Source: Phoronis australis
Lineage: Eukaryota; Animalia; Phoronida
Direction: 5' to 3'
DNA length: 64,000 bases
Assembly: GCA_002633005.1 (NCBI GenBank)
Contig: NMRA01000295.1
Span: forward strand, 1 to 64,000
Part shown: positions 12,266 through 24,539 of the stretch, in pieces
Layout: each line of letters opens with the position of its first letter
Position numbering within the stretch: position 1 is the stretch's first letter
The notes under the pieces: model-generated
What the model was told of the DNA's origin: nothing
Seen by the model: the letters and a program-made list of their open reading frames with translations, nothing else
The model's database searches: none
Program-made: the position numbers and the translations under genes

Positions 12266-12927
12266 GTCAAGTCCTTGGCTGCTTCTCACCAGTAGTTAGT
12301 CCAGATCTTTTGTTTTGAATTTAGGTCTGAAAAAAGGTAATATTTCATGTTATCTACTATAATCAGATCAGAATTATAATCATAACTAAAACATTTGTTA
12401 CTTGAAGATAACTTTTTGTGTGTATAATTGTTGTTGATGTGCAATCATTGAGTTGTTTCATTTTGTTTACATGTAAAGGAATTAAAGATAAAGTCAACGT
12501 TACTTGGATTAAATAAAATAATCTGTTGATTTTATTGAATTATTAAATAAAAATGTACCTGATTTGTATGGATAGCATTCCATTGATTTAAACTTATGTG
12601 ATCGTTTGATCCTTGAGGGCACCATTGCACATTACCCGGAATTTCCATAGATAAGCCGATGGGCGTGTGTATTCGTATAATGAAAATTTTAAGGTGTTTT
12701 AGTAAGATTTTATTTGGAAAGGGGGCATATAAACAGAAAGTCATACTTTTGCTGTCTTTGACATTCTTTACTTAAAGCTGACAGTGTTTTTTTTTAATTT
12801 TATGTTAATAAGTGCATAGTTCACCAACACCTTATTCGTTTTTATAAATGATAAATGCTTCACAAAACAAAACTGAATTTGTGTCAAAAAGTTGATGCTT
12901 AGTGGGCTTTTAAAAGCAAATTTTCTG

Positions 12928-13423
12928 AATAAACGTCCCACTGTCTGGACACTTGACACAAGAAGTTGTAACACCAAATAAATGTCCCACTATCTGGTCA
13001 CTTGACGCCAGAAGTTGTAACACCAAATAAACGTCCCACTATTTGGTCACTTGACACCAGAAGTTGTAACACCAAATAAACGTCCTACTATCTGGTCACT
13101 TGACACCAGAAGTTGTAACACCAAATAAACGTCCCATTATCTGGACACTTGACACCAGAAGTTGAAACACCAAATAAACGTCCCACTATCTGGTCACTTG
13201 ACACCAGAAGTTGTAACACCAAATAAACGTCCCACTATCTGGTCACTTGACACCAGAAGTTGTAACACCAAATAAACGTCCCACTATCTGGTCACTTGAT
13301 GCCAGAAGTTATAAGACCAAATTAACGTCCCACTATCTGGTCATTTGACCCCAGAAGTTGTAACATCAAATAAACGTCCCACTATCTGGTCACTTGACAT
13401 CAGAAGTTGTAACACCAAATAAA
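12928..13423. repeat. Minisatellite, 49-bp unit x~10
   Basis: aataaacgtcccactatctggtcacttgacaccagaagttgtaacacca. Confidence 0.95.
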
Positions 13424-13723
13424 CACCCATGGGCGTTTATTCCGCATAATTTTCTGGTTGGCTTATCTACGGTTTGGTAATTTCTTTATTAGTATAGTTT
13501 ACCTCATCATTCTTATGACTTGATAGTAACAGTATTCTATCAGTACTCTTGCATGAGATAAATCTTCCAACTGCTTGTTTGAATTGTTGAACAATTATTG
13601 TTTAACACTAACATGAAGATCATTGGCTTTATGGGAGTTTTGTTGCAGTCGCTATACTAGTATGCAAGCGTAACATACTGTTCAATCTATAACATAGAAA
13701 ATAAATCTGAAATGTAAAATATA

Positions 13724-15408
13724 CCGTAGACGTTCGGGTTAACACCCTGGGCGGTTAAATTGGCAAACCCAAAAATTTGGGGGTGGGCGGTTAACCAGGC
13801 ATGGGCGCTTAAATGTGAAATTTCAAGACATCATGGGTGGGCGGTTAACCGAACATGGGTGCTATTTACGACACACAACCGCCCTGGGCAGTTAATTTTA
13901 CCTCATGATCTGAGTCCCCATCCGTACTGGGAACGTGTGACTTTGTAAAGACCTTTATCGTCATGAAATGCGTATCCTGCACACTCTAACACACAGTTTC
14001 GAATTTGTGGACTGTGGTCAAATCATTCCGAACGTTTGCATAGAATGCGTGCTGCATAGCTCAGCGCCTCAGATGAGAACGATTATTGCGAATTCTACTC
14101 TTATTTTCACTATACTTCGCAGACATTGGTGAAAATGTTCACCTACGTAGCAGGCGGTAACTATGCTGTCATTTTAACCGAGTTGTGGTCACGCGCTGAC
14201 CCATTGTTCTTGTGTGATAAGTGCACGCATGTAAGCTTCACGTGTTGCAGAGGTCACAGCATAGATTAAATTTATGGTTAGTCCCAAGTGCCAGCTGTCC
14301 CAAGTTCTAGGCTAAGCCTGGGGCCTTCGATGCTCTTGTTCAAGACTCCCTGATCCAATGAATTTGTTAACGTATGGTTTACATGCGGCTGTCTAATAAT
14401 ATCTTGGTGCTGCTCACTTTCCGTAGCTTGAAACATGCTACGGTACGCATGACAACAAAAATAGCACGCAAGCGAACACGAGGCAGTTGTCAATCAAAAC
14501 ATAGTTACCGCAGCGGAGTCAAGAACATGTATTTGCTTAAAATTTTATTTAAAAAATACTAATGACTTTGGGAGTCTGAGGGATAATTAGTTGGTACACT
14601 CACGTCGTCAGTAAAAAACAATTCGTAGATAAAGCCCCAATTATTCGGGTAATCGGCACCCCTGGTTAGCTGTGCGACTAGTGACGAGATCTAACCAGCA
14701 ACGCGTCTTTACCAACCTCCCGTTCAGTAACGCTAGGACCACTCTAAAAACCAATACTTCGCGAGATTACGTGAGATATTGCCGTGTATTTTGAATAATA
14801 ACGTGTGGCTTTGGCTATATTTTAGGTAGCTCCTGGCGTTACTCACGCGCGCCTGTACTTGAAAGACGGACATCCTTGATAACCCTGTAATTATATTCTT
14901 CAAAATTTGACACCTTTTTGTGAGTTATGGGAATTCTTAAAAATCCGAGAGCTTCCAGCCTAAAGCTCATTGAGAGGGTTGGCAAAACCACTGTCACGGC
15001 ATTTCTCTGGCCTGATTGTTTCGAATATATGTTTTATCTAGTGCATTGCATTCGGAAACTCAGTGCGGCAGACAGTGTGCCTGAAAGTGGTGGTATAGAT
15101 GCAAGCGTGGTTCTTAAACTTAAATTTGCGAGCTTGAGAAGAAAATAAAGTGACAAAGCATTCGAGGTATTACATTTTGAAGTAAATCCATGACGGGTAA
15201 TCGCATGTTTCCTTAGCACTGGGCGCGTAATCATCAATCTTCAAAAGTCGGAGATGGGCACTTAACTGAGAGGTGGGCGCTTAACTGGAAATCTTCAAAA
15301 AATCGCAGAGGTGCGGTTAACCGAGCAGTGGGCGGTTTAATCGAAAATCCACCTAAAGTAGGGGATGGGCGGTTAAGTGAACATGGGCGTTAACCCGAAC
15401 ATTTACGA
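13724..15408. mobile_element. Non-autonomous Tc1/mariner-pogo-type DNA transposon, family 1
   Basis: TA|CCGTAgacgttcgggttaac … gttaacccgaacatttacga|TA TIRs; subterminal gggcggttaa repeats; homologous to 51217..53608. Confidence 0.85.
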
Positions 15409-15552
15409 TAAATAGGTAAATAAACCAACAAGAATGGATCCATTTACCTATTTATGTTCAATTTATGCAACACGTTTGAATTCTGCTGAACATGTTAAAG
15501 TTTATTGGGTTGGATTAGTTTTAAATTTTCCGTTAGTGTTTACCTGTAATAT

Positions 15553-15885
15553 GTGATCTACTGTATGAAAGAACTCTTTATAGAGTATAACTGGGATATA
15601 ATCTGGCCAATATAACTCACAATATGACTCATAAGTGTTCTACTGTATGAAGGAACTCTTTATAGAGTATAACTAGGATATAATCTGGCCAATATAACAC
15701 ACAATATGGCTCATAAGTGTTCTACTGTATGAAGGAACTCTTTATAGAGTATAACTAGGATATAATCTGGCCAATATAACACACAATATGGCTCATAAGT
15801 GATCTACTGTATGAAAGAACTCTTTATAGAGTATAACTAGGATATAATCTGGCCAATATAACACACAATATGGCTCATAAGTGAT
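15553..15885. repeat. Tandem repeat, 82-bp unit x4
   Basis: gtgatctactgtatgaaagaactc…atggctcataa. Confidence 0.95.
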
Positions 15886-16840
15886 ATTTTGTTTCCATGA
15901 AAGATGGGGGTATCACTCAAGTAATGCTGTTTGGCTGTCAAGTTCTATATCATCGGTGCCAGAGATAATTTTGTGAACAATATTGCAATTCACAACCATG
16001 TTAATTCCTAATGAAAAATGAAATGCAGTAATTATGGTAATTATAGTTATCCATAATTGGTGAGATTTCACATTGTCGTTATGCACATTTTAAGTCTCAG
16101 TCTTCAACTAATGATAACACAAGTCTCTAATTGAGCAATTTTCTGAGGCGGATTAAGTTTTCCATCTTTAAATTGTCTTCCTTAAAATGGTTGTCAGATC
16201 AATCATGCCTATAGTAAGCTTGTTTATTCAATTTGTCCTGGCTATCTCTGAAAAGGTTGTACTTTTATGGTTCTGTGCCTGCTAGTGGCTCTTTTTATTA
16301 CTTTTGGATCCGTTCGTTGGCGTCCGCATCTTTATTTGCCAAACTGCTCGGAGGATCATGAAATTTCTTAGATGTGTTCTTATTGAGATGGGTGCAACTA
16401 ATGTTGATATTTGGACTGGCCAACTACTGCCGTGCAACCCTTTGGCAATTTAACTTTTTGTGGAAGTCTCCATATTTACAAAGTTCCTTGATGGTTTTTC
16501 ATGGAAGTTGACACATAGGCTTTTATTAAGGAGACGACAAGTTTCGATTTTCTGATGAATTCAACATAATCTGTACCCCTTGTGACCCTTTCATTATTTT
16601 TGGTATCCGCTTCTTCATGGACAACTCTAGAAGCATATAGTTAGCAGTGCAGTGCTGGGTGCATTTCAGCGCCTTGCATTGCTCTTGTTACAAAAATAGA
16701 GAGTCCTGAAATATTTCAGTATTTGATTATTTTTATTTGCAAGCATCCCCTCTTTTTCCTCAAGACTACATAACAAATTATTATAACTTTTAATATTGTG
16801 TTATGTAATACAACCTAGCTGGAAAACTAAGACTAACATA

Positions 16841-17130
16841 CCGCATTTGCCCTAATAACTGCCCATGCCCCTATAAGCACTGCCCACGTTTACCAGCCTC
16901 GCCGCTATATGTCGGTATTTAGCCGTTACTATACACTTCAAACTTCTGCCGTGCTCTAGAAGGAACGCAAATTTTGCTGACCTCGTGGGGAACGTGTCCC
17001 ATTATGGTCTGGCCTTTTAGAACACACCAGTGTACATGTCAACGGCATTGAATCTATTCTGTACAAATTCCATATCTTCTCCTTCAACAGGATTCCAAAT
17101 TTCTTTGTACGCATATCTAATCCATGTATC
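16841..17130. mobile_element. Family 2 CCG(T/C)A-ended DNA transposon fragment with HIRAN-like relic on - strand
   Basis: ta|ccgcatttgccctaataactgcccatgcccctataag end; the - strand reads AYKEIWNPVEGE…GHVPHEVSK…LEHGRSLKCIVT. Confidence 0.75.
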
Positions 17131-17436
17131 AAATGTGTTCTCTTGAATTGTAAACGTGTTGTGAGAAATAAACTATATCTGTAAGAACAGAGCTATGCTG
17201 TATCTGAGAGAACAGAAATACAGGAAATGATAAATGAGCTGCAGTTTGTAAGAAAACAATTATATTCATTACAAAACGTTAATATAAAGACGTCCTTGTT
17301 TTATGTGCAGAAGGAAGATTGTCTCCCTTCTGTTGCCAGGCAGAAGGTTGGAAATGAAATTGATAAAGTACAACAGATAACAATCTAAATATTTGATTGA
17401 CACATGTATGATTAGGTAGACTATGTCTTTTATAGT

Positions 17437-17522
17437 ATCAGGTATTAGACATGGTGATCAGTGTATTAGACATGGTGATCAGTGTATTAGACATGGTGAT
17501 CAGTGTATTAGACATGGTGATA
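17437..17522. repeat. Tandem repeat, 21-bp unit x4
   Basis: atcagtgtattagacatggtg. Confidence 0.9.
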
Positions 17523-17665
17523 TTGATAATGATAGTAATACACATAGCAGACAGTGATGATAGTTACCTACTTCTCAGGGTTAATGCCAAAGTTCAGCTA
17601 AGTACTGGTGTTGTACCAGTCCGTGGAAAGTTTTGTTTTATTTATCATTTGCTTGGATTTTCCAG

Positions 17666-17900
17666 GTAATGATCCTTCTGGATGAGACCAACAGTGATTG
17701 GTGGAAGGTTCGGAAATCTAACAGGCTGGAGGGCTATGTGCCAGCAAACTATGTCAAACAGGTAGAACCCAAAGTGGTTCAAAAGAAAGTGAAAAAGACT
17801 GTGACTGAACCACAGATGGTTAAAGTCAAGAAGACTGTCTTCAAAACGGAAGTTGTGAAGAAGCCGAAGCGGTCATCAAGTCTGAGACGAACACCCTCGG
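17666..17900 (+). CDS. SPTBN5: beta-H spectrin exon D: C-terminal part of SH3 (VMILLDETNSDWWKVRKSNRLEGYVPANYVKQV) plus basic linker to RRTPS
   Basis: ttccag|GTA ... TCG G|gtatgg; SH3 DWW and GYVPANYV signatures; phase 0/1. Confidence 0.95.
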
Positions 17901-18008
17901 GTATGGTTATAATTCTAGGATCTGTTATTGTGTTTCTGCTGATGTTATAGCCAAATTTTTTGTTGTTTTGTTTTCATTTTGAAGTTGCAAGATGTCTCAT
18001 AATTATCC

Positions 18009-18225
18009 TCACTATAGTTTGCAAGTATTGCTATAGACATGGCAACACAAACTGCATACACTATAGTTTGAAAGTATTGCTATAGACATGGCAACACAAA
18101 CTGCATATACACTATAGTTTGAAAGTATTGCTAGAGACATGGCAATGCAAACTGCATACACTTAATAGTTTGCAAGTATTGCTATAGACATGGCAACACA
18201 AACTGCATACAGTATAGTTTGCATG
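18009..18225. repeat. Tandem repeat, ~50-bp unit x4
   Basis: actatagtttgcaagtattgctatagacatggcaacacaaactgcatac. Confidence 0.9.
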
Positions 18226-19452
18226 TATATTCATAGATTAAATACTTTGAGATGTGTCATGCCATATTAAAAACCTGTCGCACACGGACACAGCGCCACC
18301 TGGTTTTTACTGTGGTGGATACATCGGGATGGCTCATCTCTCATGTCTGTCGCCTGGTAGTTTTTTTGCTTCCATCAAAAAACATGACGAAGATGACAAT
18401 CGGGTCAGTCTGATGTATTTCATTCATTTTAGGAACTTTTCAGAATTCAATCCAGATGACAGACTTTGTCAAATATTTGGTCAATATTAAGACTTCGTGC
18501 TATGAGTTACTTTGCAATATATTTTTTTCGTGCTATATTTTCACGTCCCAGCAAAAAGTTAACCGAAACCCTCTATAGAGTTGCTTTGTCAACTGCAAAT
18601 CCATTTCTTTTGCTACATTACAGATTGTTTAACTTGAGTGCTTTTTGATTGTGCTTGTTGCTAGGCAATCCGTCTACAGCTTAGTTAAAAAACGTCACAG
18701 CATTGAGGCATAGAGTACATGCATTTTGACATAGGATTTAGCAATAGCATGAATGCAAAAAACAACTGGATTTGGAAAGCTAAAAAATAAGAGGTTATTT
18801 CCATCGAGAACTGTTGGAATTTATTGCAGCGCAATACTGCACTTGAGCATTCACATTTGCAAACGACATTATGGGTCGACCACAGTTGTTCTCGGGTGGC
18901 GCGTAAAACATCCTTAGGACAATAGCACCCCCTGAAGGAAATGTCCTGATGCATTTTGGAATATTTAAGCTATGATTTATTAGCATTTATCCATTGTCTG
19001 CACATTAAGTATTAACCTGTAGGTCTCAAATTTTGACTTGTAAGTCTGATTTTCGTGTTTGCAATATCTCTTTGTTTACATGATTGATGTAACATTTTTT
19101 GATTGATTGATTGGATTTTTCCTATTTACAGCCCCGTTTTTCTACAATTTGCTATTTACAGCCCCGTTTTTCTACAATTTGCTATTTACAGCCCTATTTG
19201 TCAGCACAATTCACTCGATTGGTGATTGTCAAGATAATTGTTTATTATGCTGAACAGATGTAACTGCTTGCAGATAATCTTTAAGGCTTACACAAAGTGA
19301 CCAGCAAACTTTCATATTCATGGACCAACAGACATATTTTTGCTAAGCAAACATTTGCATATCAGCGATTTCCTTCATATTGTACGTGGCATGATAGAAT
19401 CAAATACATTCTGGAATTGTCTGTGAAAACTCACCATTTGGCAATTAATGTG

Positions 19453-20755
19453 ACATATTGCCCTAATACGCACCCGGGCGCTTAGTAAAATTCATTTCAA
19501 GGAGGACACTTATTGTAATCTAAAGTAGTTGAAACCTGATCTCCGAAACAGGTGAAATTGGAAACTAGGAATCATCAAATTTACCATCTGTGATGAATCT
19601 GTAACCTATGGCAAACTTTCTAAAAACCTGTGATGCATTGCTATCAGACTTTATTGTTAAATTACGGTCATTTTACTGAAAATAGTGCTTAAATCCCAGG
19701 GGGAAGCTTGCCGACTGATGTGTCACTGCTTCGCGGTGGTCGATATGGCAACTTGAATATAAATACAGTTTTGATTCGATCAACAAATTACCTGAAATCC
19801 TCCTTAAGTTTTCCAAATAGCGTCCCTAAGATTTTTAAGTTTCTTTGGAGTCGGAATTAACTGCATGTTAAGTCCAAATCTGCGCTAAATCGTATCCCGC
19901 AAGATGAGAAAAATCTCTGGACGAACACACAATGTTGTTGTCACGTGACGTGTGTTTTGAAATTCGTCTGGGTGTCTGTCATTGATGGAGTTCGTGCAGG
20001 TTATCAGTGTTCATTTGCCGGAGTAAACCCAATGTAACAATCGAGGTGTGCATTGTATCAAAAGGAATTAAACCATAAGCAGTAAAGCAAGACATGTTTT
20101 ATTTTGCACTTGCTGGTATCATTTACTATCTACTACCATTTTAAAAACGTTCGAGAATTGTCTCGCTAAGATCAATATAATATCATTGAGTCACTGGGTG
20201 ACTGGATACGTGACAGTCTGACAGTTGCTTTTTCGGGAGATTCGGGTGTAAGGGTGCCGATGTGTTTACTTTCAGTGGGTCATTTTATCTGATATTTGAC
20301 TTAAAAAAACACCAATTATGATTAATTAAATAATTCCTCCTAAAGATAACTTAGAAGTATTAGAAACTTTCGGAAATTAGTGCCAGTAAATTTCTTGCTG
20401 ATGCTTTGCTAGCCGTTGTTTCACGGATAAGTCCCGAAGACTAATGTCTGCGATGGCAGGTATGAAGCAGGCACTTCCTGGCCACATGCTTTTAACACCA
20501 TGTTTTTTTATGTGTGAAACAGCCGTCACTTGAATTGCACACTTTGACTACCAGGTTTTGACGTGTACAAAGATATTTGGAATCCTGTTGAGGGAGAAGA
20601 ATTGGAAATCGGTTGGAAATTCTGGTTGAAAAGTAAGCCGTGTCTTTTTTGAAAGGCCAGACCATAGTGGGACACATTCCTTACGAGATCAGCAAAACTT
20701 GTGCTTTCTTTCTGGAGTACGGCGAAAGTTTGAAGTGTATAGTCACGGCTAAATT
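19453..20755. mobile_element. Family 2 DNA transposon copy (reverse orientation) with HIRAN-like relic on + strand (~20560..20752)
   Basis: Reverse-complement homology to 38670..40097; reads VYKDIWNPVEGEEL…KGQTIVGHIPYEISKTCAFFLEYGESLKCIVTAK. Confidence 0.8.
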
Positions 20756-20885
20756 GACCTATCACCAGGATTATGACGGACGGCTTAATTGACCAATCAG
20801 AACGCAGCATTCTTGGCACACCTTCATCTGCGTTTCCAAGCTGCCATTTTACCCGACAAACCACACGTAGTCGAGTAAAACTTAC
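20755..20885. repeat. Short interspersed repeat; inverted copies at ~34885..35000 and ~37135..37265
   Basis: gaccaatcagaacgcagcattcttggcacacc…cagctgccattttacccgacaaa-like block seen three times. Confidence 0.7.
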
Positions 20886-23164
20886 TTTAGATTATAGCTC
20901 AAGAAATTGTCCGCTAAGAATGGTGAAATGGAGTTGATATGGCGTGTGTAGCACTGACAGCCGTTATGCTGCTCCAGAATAATATCCTGTCATTTTTTGG
21001 CATGTCCTAAGCCAAAAAATGATGTTCAAAGGCGTAAACTATGGACCAAACTGTACGGCCACACGAGCAGCTGAACTTAACGTTGTTGCTTGATAACTCG
21101 AAGGCTATAATAAACACATATATATTAGTTCCAAGATACGCACTTTTCATCTTGGTGGCTATGGTGCAGGGCTATCTCAGATTTTGACTCCCGAGTTGGC
21201 TACGTCTGGCTGCCTTTCACGGTCTCACCAATTGCTGGATCTCAGCACCCTAGTGGTAGTCCCCTGAAGTTGTTGTTTTCAAGGACATTTTTATGTTTTT
21301 TTTATTTATTTCAACCTAATGGACATTATTTTGTTATGTATGAGAGGTACATTTTTGTTATTCATAAACCCGTAGGCTGGCGTTCAACTGAACTTTTCTC
21401 CCAGTCAAAATTCAGAGATTCGATCGGCACAGGGAGGGGCACTGGATTACTGCCGGAACTCAAAGCCTTGGTCGAGCTGTTGTCACTAAAAATAAACTGT
21501 TTAATTACTTTTTAACGTGTACCTCTAGTATACACTATGTCTGTAGAGTTAGAGAGAGCTCATTTTGAAGTTGTGCAAACATGATATTTAGATTTATGAA
21601 GCTTTAATATAGAATTTGAGTTGCAACTACCACACCAGATTTGTAATCTTTTGTAACCATACCCCGCCTTAGTGATCATGCTACCTTCAAAATTAAATGA
21701 AAGCTACCTTTATGGAATGAAACACTACAAAAAAATGCCAAGTTCATCAGAAGGTAGGCCCAACTTAAATGTCTTATGGTGCAAACGGACAATTCCATAG
21801 GCGGATTTAGGGGGGAGGGGGCAGGGGCCCAAGCCCCCCCCCCCTTGGCTGCCGCAAGCAAAATGAAACAGTAAGAGCGTGAAGCGTGAGGAAATATTGA
21901 GTTCAGTAACTAACTGCTTGTATTGCTGACGAGTTGACGATATATTCGACAGTGGTGGCTCATCGCATTTTGCTGTCGTGTGCAATTAGTAGTCACATCT
22001 GTTTTAATTTGCTGATCAAAATCGAATATTAAAATCAAGCATAGCCTAGATCCTGGTGAGTTAGGGACTAACAGTTGATTTTTCATAGATCTGAAAGAAT
22101 AACTGATGTTATTAAATGTATTTTTATTAAAATAAAAAACCAGGCTCATGATTGAAAATCAAAATTATTTGACCATTTTTTAAATTTTGATAAATTAAAA
22201 ATGAACTCAGCCCCAGAAATTGCTTTTGCATTATATCCAGGTTCTCATTCACTCCCTTGCACACATTTACAAGTAATTATTTGACCATCAGTTCTGCTTT
22301 TTTGGTTTTAATAATTCTTACCTCCAGTCTATTTCATGTGTTTGGTTTCAAATCATCAATCGGGGCAAGTTGAATTTTAAAATTAAAACACCTAATTCGT
22401 TCGTCCAAAGCATAACTTGTTTTAGAGCTCAATTTCAGTTAACTGGACAGAGCAAGCATAGTTATCATGTTTCTTTAGGGGCCTCGTTCATCCGAGGGGA
22501 AAGGTGCCGGTGCCTTCTGACTGAGAGGGGGATTTTTTCGCTGAGTGAGGGGAAAAACATACCCCCCGATCATCATCAATAGCACCCCGCCCTGTTGCAA
22601 GCTCTCATAGGCTCTGTCTCAAGTAGCATTTTGTACTCTTTCAAATTGTCACCTATGTGGTTACAGGTGATTTGTACGTTGCGGGAGAGAACTTTTCAAT
22701 CACTAGGGGAATTTTTAGGGTCTCGTGGGGGGAATTTCGGGGGATTTTTCAATGTTTTTAAGAGGGGAATAGGGCCAATGTTCAGACCCAAAATCGAGGA
22801 ATTGATGGCCCTGACCTTTTTGGATAGAAAAATGCATCATATTTCAACCCGCAATCATGAAAACACAGTCTGGCTGGTCGTTGCTATGATGCTCGCCAAC
22901 TGGTATGCAACAGTTAAAATATGATCTAACTTTTCGAAAATATTTATAAATTTTACACGGACATATTTTCCTTCGTCGCTATGTATAACAACGACCCAAC
23001 ACTTCCGAATCTTAATGTCCTTAGATATTGTAAAACAGACAGCTGAGTTCCGTATTTTTTCTAGCCATTCGAGCAACGCGGAATACAACCAGTATGCCGA
23101 TAAGCCAACAGAGCTATTGTAGCGCGCCTCGTTTTGGAACGCGCCTCCTGTCGGCGTGAATTAG

Positions 23165-24539
23165 ATCTATGGCGCTATTTATCCGTGACTATACACTTCA
23201 AACTTCCGCCGTGCTTCAAAAAGAATGCAAAAGTTTCACTGATCTTGCAAGGGCTTGTCCTATTATGATATGGCCTTTCAGAAGAGAGGCAGTGTACTTG
23301 TCAAAGGGATTGGATTGTATCTTTCGCTTTCAGGTATTCTCCCTCAACAGGAATCCAAATTTCTTCGTATTCGTGAAAACTGCGAATTGAAGACTAATAA
23401 AAACTTGGCCTTTGTTAAAAGCACGTGGCCAGAAAGCGCGCGCTACATACAAGTACCTGTCATTGAAAATAATTAAGTCTTTGGGAACTTTCTATTCATT
23501 AAACGAGTAAATAGCTACGGCAAGAAATAAATACTGGCACTTATTTCCGACAGTTTTTAATACCGTAACAACATTTGTGTTATTTTTGAGAGAAATTATT
23601 AAATTAATCATAATTGGTGTTTTTAAAGTCAAAATGACCCACTGATAGTGAACACTTCTGCACTCTTACACCCCCCATATCTCCCTTAAAATAACTGTTC
23701 AACTATTACGCATCCAGGCACTCGGCGACTCAATATCGGCTTTACGGAGACAATTCTCGGACGTTTTTTAGCATTTGAGATCAACAAGTGCTAAATAAAA
23801 CATGTTCCGCTTTACTGCTTGAGTTAACTTGTTTAATTGCACACCTAGCTCTACCTTACATCGTGTTTACTCAGGCAAATGAACCCTGCTGACACACACG
23901 CGCTCACTTACACAATACGTAGACGAACTTCAAAACAAACGTTACATGACAACAATGTGTGTTTGTCCAGAGATTTTTCTCGTGTTGTGGGGTACGATCT
24001 ACTGCATATTTGGACTTAATGTGCACGACTCCACAGGACCTTAAAAATCTTAGGGACGCTATTTTGAAAACTTATGGTGGACTTCAGGTAATTTGTTGAG
24101 TTGAAACTATATTTTTACCAAGAATTCAAGTTGACCTTTTAGCGATCGCAAGGCAGCGACGCATCAGTCGGCGAGTTTTCGCACTGGTATTTTCTGAAAA
24201 TGCTCATAATTTAGTAACAAAGTTTGATATCAGTGCACCTCAATTTTGTAGGACTTTTATTATAGGTTACAGATGCATCACAGAGCGTAAATTTGATGAA
24301 TTATAGCTTGCGATTTCACCTGTTTTGGAGACCGGGTTCCTTCCACTTCGTGCTATAATAAGTGCCTGCGTTCCTGAAGCGAATTTTTCTAAGCGCCCTG
24401 TCGGCTGGGTGCTTATTAGGGCAAATATGTTCAGTTATTTTTGCACGTACACGCTCATGGGCTGAGAACTTATTTCAGCAAATTCTGAAGACGTGTGGAG
24501 TGCTTATAGGGGCATGGGCGCTTATTAGGGCGAATACAG
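23165..24539. mobile_element. Family 2 DNA transposon copy plus an adjacent inverted terminal fragment
   Basis: Homologous to 38670..40097; - strand HIRAN-like relic FHEYEEIWIPVEGEYL…NPFDKYTASLLKG…FFLKHGGSLKCIVT; ends …ttattagggcgaatacag. Confidence 0.8.

Noticed and set aside
12928-13423. CRISPR-like 49-bp array
   Set aside because: Plain tandem repeat without unique spacers
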